A stretch of 64,000 nt of DNA from Phoronis australis (Eukaryota; Animalia; Phoronida): NCBI GenBank assembly GCA_002633005.1, contig NMRA01000497.1, positions 1 to 64,000 on the forward strand, written 5' to 3'. Shown here piece by piece: positions 45,821-57,800 of this stretch. The position numbers and the translations under genes are program-made. Under the pieces are notes generated by a model. The model did not search any database, was not told where the DNA came from, and saw only the letters and a list, made by a program, of their open reading frames with translations. Numbering within the stretch: the first letter of the stretch is position 1; each line of letters starts with the position of its first letter.

Positions 45821-45843
45821 ATGTCATATTCATATTGCTACAC
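45821..45843 (+). CDS. Myb: Myb exon 1 (coding part, MSYSYCYT)
   Basis: aagATG, 23 nt, AC|gtaagt; phase 2 fits exon 2. Confidence 0.65.
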
Positions 45844-48800
45844 GTAAGTGTTTTATATGTGCTTTGCGATTCCTTACTTCTCCGTGTACAAATTTCTGGC
45901 CTAAAGTGTAAGGATCACCTCAGCTGTTCTGAAAACACGGTTCAGTAAATAATCATTGGTTGTTGTCACCTGATTGTGTCGGTGATGTGAAGTTTTTGCA
46001 GAAAATAGACATTGATCGGATGCAAACTACTGCCATTCTATATTCGTGCAGTCTGGTAAATCTAGGATCCAGTTATGTGTTGTACGGCCAATAAATTTTG
46101 GCCACCATTGTCATTGACTTGACAAAGCAAGGACAAGTCAAATGGTTTGAACGTTTATTTATACGTTTGTTTTTTTTGCTCATCACTCACGCCTATTAAA
46201 CGCGAATAAACATTATGTTATTACCTGTTTGTGGCATCATCGATCATGTCAAATGGCAAGTTGATATGTATTTGGGTTGGAACTGAGAATCGGCCATTGA
46301 GCTATCATCAGCATAGCCTTGGTACAAAGCTGTATACTAAATATAAAGCTTTGCACCGATGTGGGTAAAAAAAGTGGTAAGATAAAATCTGACACAAAAT
46401 TAGTGCTATTAAAAGTTACAGTCTTCCTTGAATAAACTAAATTATTTAACGGTGTTGGAAAAAATGGCGTTCGACCGTTCTTCTATGCTGCTAAAGTTGT
46501 GGAGCGATCTTCTGGGTCGTCTTTCGGCGCCATGAAATATTGCATCACCTTTTGACCAGTTTCTTTTTTCGCCGATTCTTTAATCAACTGTTGTTCTTCT
46601 CACGAGGTTGCGTACAGGTCACAACAAATTATTTGATACCGAAAAAACGAATTTCAGAACAAATTTAGCTGCGAAGTTGTAGCAAAAATTTAGGAAGTAG
46701 CGCGTGTGCGTGACATGAGCGTACTGTTTTCAAAACGACAACAGACTTTTCGTTGTTACTAAAGGTCGAGAATGACGCAAGAAAATGACATTTGTTGCAT
46801 TGTTTTTCACTTAAACGGTAGTAACAGACATGGTGAATATCGGTTGACTCCCAGATTTTGCATGCACCCCGTCCGGTCTTTAGCTTTACATGTTTCACGG
46901 CGAGGTGACGAGCAGAACTACCCTAGCTGTGTGCAATTTCGGGGTCTATGGAAGAAAAACGTAGTGGAACTTAGCTGTATTTTGATGATAGTTTTCATAC
47001 AGCTACCTGGCTGGCTATCATTAGCATAGAAAAACGTGAGAACACTCCTTATTTGAACTGGCTGACATTTTTGTAAGTTTCTCAGTGCATCACCCAAAGT
47101 TTGGTTACTCATTACAATTTATTGCCCTTTTTACCGAAGGTGAGCTTGTTTAACTTAAATTTGAGACGGATGTTCCGAAACTGCACTAGAACCAGAATGT
47201 GTTGAATACAACGCCACACATTGTCTTTGAAATACTTTGCTGATGCCTCGGCTCATACCAATGAAGCAATGTACTTAGCCACTTTTGCTAAGATAGGAGA
47301 CAAGCACAACAAATTCCTGCACCATATCTCATGAAACCACGCTGCCCCAACTGTCACGAAAATATGAACCTCATGAAAAACAGGACCTCTGTGTCAGCCA
47401 ATCAAAACTTACGTACGGTCTTGTTGTTTCCCATAGCTTTTTATGTGTCCACATAGATGATAATCTATATAGGTGCATATTGTTGTCACCTTTGTCTGGA
47501 TTGTCCGGCATCCGCAGCTGTATCTCCTAAACCCCTTGCAGGATGATAATAAGATTTGACAGATATGTTTCTATAAAGCTGACGACAGAGGACCTCGAGT
47601 TTCGGACTGATGCGATTCATCTACCGCTCTGCCTCCTAGTTCCTTTTGCACTAACGTGTTTTTGTTATTTTTCAGAACCCAGGACACCAGTGACGAAGAT
47701 TCAGATGATGGTGACCACTTCGACCACGATTATGATGTGCCTGTAGCCAGAAGCAAGAAAAACATCAACAAAGGCAGATGGACGAAAGATGAGGTATCTG
47801 ATCCTCGGGGTACTTTTTCACTGTGACTGATGCCACTGTCTTATGACCCATGCATCGTGTGAACTGAAAAGTGATAACGAACACTTTCATGTACACATAA
47901 AAAATATAAGCTAAGCTAACAATCGTTTTGTTTAGAACTTAAACCATCGAGGGATTAAGGGGGATGTCTGCAAATCGCACACCGTTCAGTTGTTGACGGT
48001 ATAGATTTCTGATATCTCGTGTGTGCTATCCTGTTTGTAAGCACTGATGATGGTTTAAGTTGTAACCAAAATGTTTGTTTACATTTGTGAAGTACGTTCG
48101 TTATAAAGCGTTCATTGTCACCTGCCTGTTGAACATTTGGCGTAAAACGCTGGTTACAATGTGAACCGCGTCGTTTCTTGTGTCCAGACCTCAATACAGC
48201 TCTGCACATCACATAAACAAGTCAAAAGTGTGTGCATTGGGATGTCTTTTGGGTGATAAATTCACTGATACAGGGCTTGGAATTTTCCGCGGAAATGCGG
48301 ATTTCCGCTTTTTTGAAATGTGCTTTCCGCTTTTTTTATAATATTTCCGCGTAAAAAAATCGGATTTGATATGAAATTTCCGCGGCAAATTCCTTTCTTA
48401 CCGCGGCGTTGCAGACGACGTTCACCTCGGAGGTTCACATTGACCATTTCAAAGGCTGGTTATCGGGCATGATTTGGGCCGTAAAAGTTTCCGCTTTTTT
48501 GTCATTGGTCATTCCAAGCCCTGCTGATATGACACCTTGGGAATGACAGGTAAACACAGAATGAGATTCACAGACAATGTAGATTAAGACAACAAACTGA
48601 CTTGAGCAGAGTGTACTTAACTCAGTCAGCTTCCCTTTAGTACCACTTGGGTAAAGGTGATGATTTTGATCAGGCAGATCTTTCTACCACTTGTTCCATC
48701 AGTACCCGACTTACAAGCTTCCCGTTATGGTAACATCATTTGCAAAATCTATGTTACCACATCGCCACCTCAAAGAAATTTCAAGAAGATGTCCCTATTA

Positions 48801-51800
48801 CAGTATCACCAATTGCTGGTGTGTAATTTCTGTTGACTTGGCGATTTATAATGTTTCCAGGATGAGAAGTTGAAGAAAATCTGCCTGTCAACGGGAACTG
48901 CGGACTGGAAGACGATTGCTGGATATTTCAATGACAGGAATGACATTCAATGCCAACATAGATGGCAGAAGGTTCTCAATCCAGAACTTATCAAAGGACC
49001 TTGGACTAAAGAGGTGATTCGTTGTATCTACCATTATGACCACTATGCCAACAGCTGTTTCTTTTTTTGCGATTCTTTGGTGAATTTGCCTATTAATACA
49101 ATATTTATTGTCAGATGGAATATTTGAATTGTTTTGAAGAAATTTTGATGAATCACCAATTTCGGACAAAAGAAATTGTCAATACGGACCTTTTTAATTT
49201 TTCATAGACTTCTAACATTGTTCTGTGGATTAAAAATTTTGTTTGGTATGATTCATATTTTGCAAAAATGTTACACGTTTACCATATTCTGTGCCAGCAT
49301 TTGTTACTCATTTGACTAGCTCACGAATTGTTAGAAAAAAACTAGCAACCAGTTTCAAAAATGGGTCGCATTTGTTAACAATGTACATTGGGCAACAAAG
49401 AAGATAAATGTGCACTTAAAATAATGTAACCGTAAGTTCATTCGCGTCACTGAGACATTGTTAGTACACAAGTCGTTGGTAGGCACGCTTGTTGGCGCTC
49501 ATGCAGTTTGGACACATTAAAAAGTCGTCTGGAGAAAATGTGATGGTTATGATATGGAAGAACCAATGCGCCTGTGAGTGAACTTTGACCTTAAAATGCG
49601 GTTTGTAGTGGTTTCGAATAGGTATTGTATTGGCTAACACACTTACACGATGCACTCAGATGTAATATTTAAGTGATGTAATGCGTATGTAGTATAAAGT
49701 TGAACCTGGGTGCTGCAATAACTGTTATTCTAGGAAGATGAGAAGGTATTACAGCTGGTGCGTATACATGGTCCAAAGAGGTGGACACTGATATCCAAGC
49801 AGTTGAAGGGAAGGACAGGCAAACAGTGCAGAGAAAGGTATGAACTTTCATACATCGTATCATTGTTTCAAATGGCGTCATGCCATATAAATAGCTTTAG
49901 ACTATTCAATGTATTCAACAGAACAGGAAGCAATGAGTTGCTGTCGTCATAAGAGCCGCACTGCTCATTCAGCTTTATCACACCATGTTTGTGGTGAATC
50001 GGATCTTCTTAAAGTAACTGTAAATCTCTGCCCATTTGAACCAGGGCTTGGAATTTTCCTCTTTTAAGAGTATTTCCTCTTCGTTTCGATTTGCTCTTAT
50101 TTGATTTCCGATTTCCTATCTTTCATCTCTTTTTTTGTCAATATTTTGACTTATGTAAGTTTTTACAACACAAAGAATATTTCTATCACAAAAGCCTATT
50201 TATTTGTGGATCGATACATAACATGGAAAATTGTCCTTTTTTTGTCGTTGGTCATTCCAAGTTTGTTGAACTGACAATAGTTATGCTTTGTCAGTGGGAG
50301 ACCAATTCATTGCTTTTTGTACTGTGTGTGAGGGTGATCTCATCGGTGACAAGCCCAGGTTTTCGTGGGGGGTCCTCAAGACACTAGCATGATATCAACT
50401 CCCCTTACATGGTGCACAAGGAGGAAAGATACAATAGTGAATGGTCAAATTGGGTGGATGACAGGTGCTGACACCTGGTTGACACGGATGTGTTCTAATT
50501 TGCAGTGCACTTCAGCGGTGAGCACTCCTGGCTTGATGAAAGGATTCTTTAATATGCATGTGCACTTTGGATATTGAGTGACTTTTCCACTTAACAAGTA
50601 GATGGCAGTCCCTTTCATTCGCAAGTCTCCCATTATTTTTGATAATAATAGTTTTGCCTCGGGTATAAAAAGGCATTTGAGCTTTGGTTTTAGTACCCTA
50701 CTTTATTTTATTTTATTTTATTTTATTAACGAATAAGCAAAAATACGGTTGTTAAACTGGTGGTGTTTTATAGATGGCACAACCATTTGAATCCCGAGAT
50801 TAAGAAGTGCGCGTGGACCGAAGAGGAAGACAGACTGATCTACCAACTTCACAAGAGAATGGGCAACAGATGGGCAGAGATTGCCAAATATCTCCCCGGA
50901 AGGTATACTCGAAATGCCCTACGCCCAACCTGTAAACGCAGGACCTTGTTAGATCATTGTAAATTTTCAGGCAAAAATAAGATGCTTGTTCAATTGGAAG
51001 GATGGATGACTTTGTTAAATGCTACGCATTTGTGATCTCAGCATAAAAGCTTAAGTGTTGCGCACGTGTGCAACTCGAGAACCATGCTGGAGCATCATTA
51101 GTTTCTAATTGTGTCTTTGATTCAAGCTTGGAATGAATTGAGTTTCTTTGTAGCAAAACTTCAACTTAAGGAAATACTCTACGTACATCTCTTCAGCGCT
51201 ATGAGAGTATGAAAGCGTCCTTCGCTTGACACAAGTTCTAATTCTGATGTGCAAACCGGGCTGCAACACCTTTCGTGCACAGTGACGCTGAGATGTTGGC
51301 GTTTTCATCTGAAAATGTCGTAGCACAACTGTAGCAATTTGACAGCATGGTAGTGCAAAGAATTTATTAAAACACTGGGAAATATCCCACTGCATTAAGT
51401 TCATATGTGAATGCAGAATGGTGTCTGTGCACCAGTGACCCTATCGCCATCTAGTGACTGTGTATTTTGTCATGTCACTGCTTTATCAGAAAATAAGTAT
51501 TATTGAATTATCGCAACTTTCTACTGACAGTTAACTGTTCCGTTTAGGCAAACTTATGCTTCTCAAAAAATTTGAAACAATATTCAATCCGTCTGTTTTC
51601 TCAGTTGAACAAGTACAAACTGATTATGTACTTGGCATTCCAAGTGGGTAATTTGTATGAAAATATGCTAATCTGAGACGCAATTGTCGGGTAAAATGTC
51701 CAAAGAACATTATTGTAAATAAGTCGTTTTTCATATTCTAGAACTGACAATGCCATCAAGAACCACTGGAACTCCACTATGCGACGGAAGTTTGAAAATG

Positions 51801-54800
51801 AGGAGGAGACGAGGGCAGTTCAAGCAAAACTGCCCCAGTCCTATACCCCGAGCGCAGCCAACAGCCTTCAGGGCCTCCAGCCCGTGCGGCTGTTTCAGAA
51901 TGTAAAGGTAAGTTGTTTGGAAGTGCGGGTCGGCCCTCAAGTTGTAGGTTGCTTTCTGACACTCGTAGTTCGAACTTGTACAACGTCTACGCAGGAAAAT
52001 ATATGATCTCAATAAAGTTTTAGAGTTTAGATTAATAACAACTTTGCATTTTTTTCCATAGACACCTGTGAATTTCAATGAAGCAGTCTTCTGTATTATC
52101 ATCAAATAAGTTTTTTCAAGATTCTGCACAAACAGAGCTTGTATCTAGTTATGTGCTTGCATAACCACTCGTGTCTGTGTTAAGACGACAGACAACACCA
52201 TGAGCTTCCAGTTTCTTTTTGAACCCTGAGCCTAAAAATGTTCATGAGTGTTGAGAGTGTGTTGAATGGTTTGTTTTTAATTCCAGAGTACCAGTTCAAA
52301 TCTGGCCAGTGGTTCCTCGGTTGTGGTCAAGTCAGTGGGCACTCTGTCTAGTCCCACTGGTTATAACCGGTCAGGCAAAGATTGGGAACATTGGAAGATG
52401 GTTGACACCAGTGGGATTGTGTCTCCACTCAAGTGAGTGTATCGTCTTAAAATCGATTTATGTATTTGGTCCCACTAGTGAAAAGTCTGCTTATTCTAGT
52501 CATGCTTGCAGTGAATAGTGGTTGACGACTGTTAAAGAGGAAATAGCTTTTTTGAAGCTGGTTCTGCATACGTTACTTATAAAGATATTTTGAACTTTTC
52601 TGGTTGATTTTCTTGTGAACAAAATTAGTAAAATTGGCAATTTCTCAAGCCGGCGGTGTGATGCAGTGATCAAGCTGTGAAAGTGTAGTGATCCAAGTAA
52701 GTGGTGGTCTGTTTACATTCTGAAAACTGCTCAATGGCTAAGATGCCTGGCGATTTTCAATCTCAGTTACTGTGCATAACAATTGACCTATCGCAAGCTC
52801 CGTCCCCTTGCGAAAGGTCGACAAACAAACAATAAGTGTTACCCGGCAACGTGTTGTTTGTCGGGTAAAATGGCGGCTTGGAAACAAAGGTGTGTCAAGA
52901 ATGCTGTGTGCTGATTGGTCAGTTAAGCTGCCACTCAAAGTCCTCGCCATAGGTCAATTTGCTCTTAGACTTGACCTATTATGCCAGAACCAGTAAGAGT
53001 TAATGCAATAACGTGGTGTGTTCTTATCGTGCGACAAGATCACTGTGTCACTCTTCCGGTTAAAAGAATTGTTAATTTCATCTTTATAAAAACGAACTGG
53101 AAAGATTCAAAATATCTTCAAAGAATCGAATAGCCCAAATTGACTATAACGTCTTTGAAAAGGTAACGTTCTACTTTTAACGCGTACATGGCTACTGAAT
53201 GTTTTCAAGCTTACTTTGGGAATTAAAGTAAAACTGTCGACTGGTCTGGGGTTAGGGGCTTGTATGGGTAATGAGGACTTGAACTAAGATTTGAAGATAC
53301 AAAGCTCTGTTAGAACTTGAGTAGAATTATATTCAGAGCGTGGGTATGGTTGCGTATGTTTGTGCGCGTGGAGTGAGGTAAACTGCTGAAACTGAACGTG
53401 CAATCGTAGTCAACATTGCTGGATTCTTTTCGTGTGTGTCAGAACACTTTAGACAGAAATTTGGTCTAGTACTCTACACGACCATTTCTGAAAAAAATGA
53501 TCAAATCTCACTTGAGCAAAGTTTCTGAAAATATACCCATAACTGCTAATTTCTGTATTAAATTATTTTTAGACAGTGACGCACTTATAATCACTTAACT
53601 AAACCTTTATTCAGCAATTATGATTTGGGAGTGTAAGGTCAAATTTCTGTCTTAAGTCTTGAGTTACTTTCATCTGAAAACGACCCCGTGTCCACCTGTA
53701 ATCTGTCTTTCATAAAATGGTGGTTCTATTTCCACGAGCTTATCTTTGAAATATTTTCTCCTTGTTTAACAGGTGTATCCCGGAGTTTGCGGAAGCAATA
53801 GCCAGCTCTGAAAAGTTTTGCGACATGACAACCTACGAGCTCCTCAGCGGAACCGATGTCCCACCCGGTGTTACTCCGATCAAGTTTACCAGTTTAAATA
53901 AAAAGGGTACTTTAGGTGAGAATATGCACTTTGTGTTGTGCAGATGTAATATGGTGTACATTGCCAAATCTCTCCTAACCGAGTATCTAAATTATCCCAT
54001 GTGCCTCAATAAGCCCGTCCTGAAATAGTGCAGCAACACTCTCATTCTGAGGTATTTACCCACAATGCAACACATGGGTCTAGCAGTTCTTATGCTTCTT
54101 CTAATGCACTTGTGCCTGTCACAAGCACATTATCCTAAATTATTTCATAATTCATAACCGTAATGCATACAGACTGGTATATTATCATTACATTTTGAAT
54201 TGCTATGCGGACTTAAAAAATTGACGAGAAAAGGCGAGTATCAGTGCTGGTTGTGCAGTGCATCGTTCTTCCTTTGTTAATTAACTGGTTAATGCCTGAT
54301 ATTTTGAAAAGCAGGTCAGTCATGCAGCGAATTTTTTGCTGCAGGACGGATCTATTGGCCATGTTGTGAATGGTTACTAGTCATCCTGGTAAACGTTGAC
54401 TGGATGATTTGTAAAAGTTGTGTTTGCCACAGTTTGTTATAAAGCATACTATTAGAAACCCGGCCATTTACGAATTTTAGTCATGTCCCATGCCCTGCCT
54501 CTGTCAGAGACCAGGTGTTTATAACATCAAAATAGCTCATACACAGCTTCTATTGGAGACTTTTATTCCAAACACTACGATGACACGCTTCTGCATTAGA
54601 AAGTGAGATTTCCATGTTCTTTATCTTAGTGCATGTTTTCAGGGTACAGATTTGATGGGCACGCTATATCTTCTTTGAAAGAAGGTGGACTTATATCAAT
54701 AACTTCTCCGGTGGTCTCCAGGAAGCTGACAACACCAAAAACTCCAACTATACTGAGAAAGAGCAAACGAAAGCGTGCCGTATCCTTTAGCATTTAACAA

Positions 54801-57800
54801 TTATAATATTCCTATGTTCACAGGTTTCCTATCCCCACGAAATTGTGAAAAGCGAATATTGGCAGCGAAAGTTGTATGAAATGTGCCATTGCTTTTTTCT
54901 GATTTAACCACTTCAAAACTCCATGATTTCTTGAGAGAAATCTCTAGAGTAGGATAAGAACAATCAAATCAAATGTTAAAACGGGAATGCTTATGAATAA
55001 GAATCTATGTATCACTATCAATTCTTGCAAGTTTGGACATCATTCGGCATTTACAGTTGAAAATTGCTAACATTCTGTCTACTTTGACAAAATATGATGC
55101 CAATCCATGTTGAAAGAGAATATTTGGAAATGTCAACTTTACACTAATTTTTTTTCTTTAAAATTTGTTTTTATCTAAAATGAAGTGGAAAGAGTACCTT
55201 TAAGGTATTATTCAAGCGCCATTGTTCTACATGTAGATTTTTTAGCCATCTATTTTCTTTGACTCACACCAGAATCCCGTTAAGATAATCCGGGATGAGG
55301 CTACTGATGAGCTCCCCAAATCTATCCTGTCGTTTGTCAAGTCTCCCACTCCGAAGACGCCGAAGGGGACCCCTATAAAGCTTCTTCCATTCTCGCCGTC
55401 ACAGGTTAGCGTTACTTTTGTTAATGAAATGCGTGCCTCTTAGTAAACTGTTCAGTCTACTCTGGTCTTGTGTAACACACTTTTGGATTACTTGTCATTT
55501 GGCTGGTGAGATAAAAACTAGACAGGTTAGGTCATGAGGCATTGGTGATCTTGAAGCTTAATAGATGGCACTAGTCATATGATGGTGAAAAGCATTCTTT
55601 ACTTGGCGGAATTCTTCGAATTCCGCCAAGTATGTTGGTCTGACGGCAATTTTTTTTTTTTTTGTTCGCACTCTACAGGTCGCAATTTTCGTCCGATTTT
55701 CACGAAATTTGCACACGTGTAGATCAGAAAGTCCTGGAAGCCTATTGTTTTTGGTCATGATCGGATACAAACTGGCGGACGTGGCGGCCATTTTGTATCC
55801 GATTTCACAGTCAAATACTCGTAGATGCCGCATTTCTCGACCTACATGGCTGAAAATCGGTACGAATACAGTAGAACGCAGGTGCTACAACTCTGCAGAA
55901 CATCGTTGACTTCCGGTTAAAGATGGCGGAAATATTGAACATGGCGCATGCGCACCCCGAAATATGGCTAAAAACGTGTTCTCCTGTAGAGGGTGCATTT
56001 GCAAACCAATCACTTCCAAACTGGTCACGTGTTTGTTGAGTTTAATAAGCTTTTATAAAAAATTATTGAACCGGAAATCACTTTCAAGATGGCGGCTGTG
56101 GCGCATGTTCACACGGTTTCAATCGCTCTGGTGTCGCATTTTTAACGGGAAGAGCAAATGACGTGAATTTTTGCATGTGGATTCCTTGGCCTTTCAAAAA
56201 GTCTGCGAGAGCGTATTTCTCAGACTTACCGTTTTCGAGTTATTTGACTTTGAATGTCAAAAAAAACCGGCAAATTTTCAATTTTCTCAAAATTTTTTGA
56301 TTTTTGCCAAACTACCACTTTAGATAGAGTTTTGAACGGGCTTTCAGGAGATATTTTCCATTTTGCGCTACGACGTCTACTTTTTGAATTATTCAAGATT
56401 TTCGGTTACCGTTATTCCTTCGGTCACACGCAGCTGGCTGGCTTTCAGCTCACTTTGTTTTAGTTATGCCTAGTTGACCCAGATTGACCCAGCCAGCACT
56501 GTCCTACTGTAAAGCATGCCTCGTCCGTAATGTTGCGCCATCTATTGTTCTTTATTGTAGTTGATTGTATGCTCTATCAAAGTACGTAGAGTTGTGGACG
56601 AGCTTTCAGACGATATTTTCCATTTTGCGCTACAACGTCCACTTTTGAATTCTTCGAGCTTTTCGAATGCCGTTTTTCCTTCGGTCACCTATGAAAGGAC
56701 GCAGCTGGCTGGCTTTCAGTTCACTTTATTTTGGTTATGCCTAGTTGACCCAGACTGACCCAGCCAGCGCTGTCCTACTGCAGACTGGACCGTCATGTTG
56801 CGCCATCTATTGTTCTTTATTGTAGTTGATTGTATGCTCTCTGTTTGATTTCTTCGCTAGTCACATGAATGTTATCGTGTTTGCTAAACTACCACTTTAG
56901 ATAGAGTTTTGAACGGGCTTTCATTATTATTGTAGTTGATTGTATGCTCTCCATTTGATTTCTTCGCTAGTCACATGAATGATATCGTGTTCGTCGTCTT
57001 TTCGATTAATTCCGCCAAGTGTCGCTCCTCCGAGCGCTCTCGTTTTCTCTATTTCTTCAAATTATATAGAGATGCCGTTGTTGATTTGTGTCACCCGGTA
57101 AATATCTGGTTTCCCATTAAAAAGTCATTTCTAGACTAGAAATCCATCAGAAGAAACAATGTCAGGTCAAACGTGTGCACTGTGTATCAATTCATGAGGC
57201 AGTTAGAGTGAGTTTAATGTTAACTTGCTGCCTGTTGGTCGCATGACCAATTGATCTTTTGTTTAGTGAGAAACGAATAATTTGGCAGTAGTACAGGAGC
57301 TCCTCTTGAAGATACGTTTTGTTCAAGGCACCACAGTGTTGTTGGTTGACGAGTTTGGTACATACTCGTTCAAACTCTCTGGGTATATGTTGTTTAAAGA
57401 TGAGACATACCTGTCTCGAAATGGGGCCATTACTAACTACGATTATTCTTGTAACATTTCTTGGCAATCTTCTTTTTTTGTTGTCTCGCTCATCATTGGT
57501 ACTCATTCAGAAAATTTGAGGGAGTATGTACGAAAATCGTCATTTGGCAGCACTGCTGTGCATTTAATAATGAATTTAGTGAAATAATGTAGTTTTCTGT
57601 TACTTTAACATACTTTATATGAACACGTAATTTTTAAATATTCATTCCACACCTTCGTCCTGTTTGGTATTTCAGTTTTTGAACAGCCCTGACTTACCAT
57701 TTGGCGGCAAAGTCACATCCACGCCGGTGTGCAGTTTCCCAGACAAGGCCACACCCCTTAGTCTGAAGAGCACCACGTATGTGATGACGAAAGATAAGTA

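Noticed and set aside
56310-56990. CRISPR-like array
   Set aside because: Long imperfect tandem units without unique spacers, inside a HINE in a eukaryotic intron; no cas genes.
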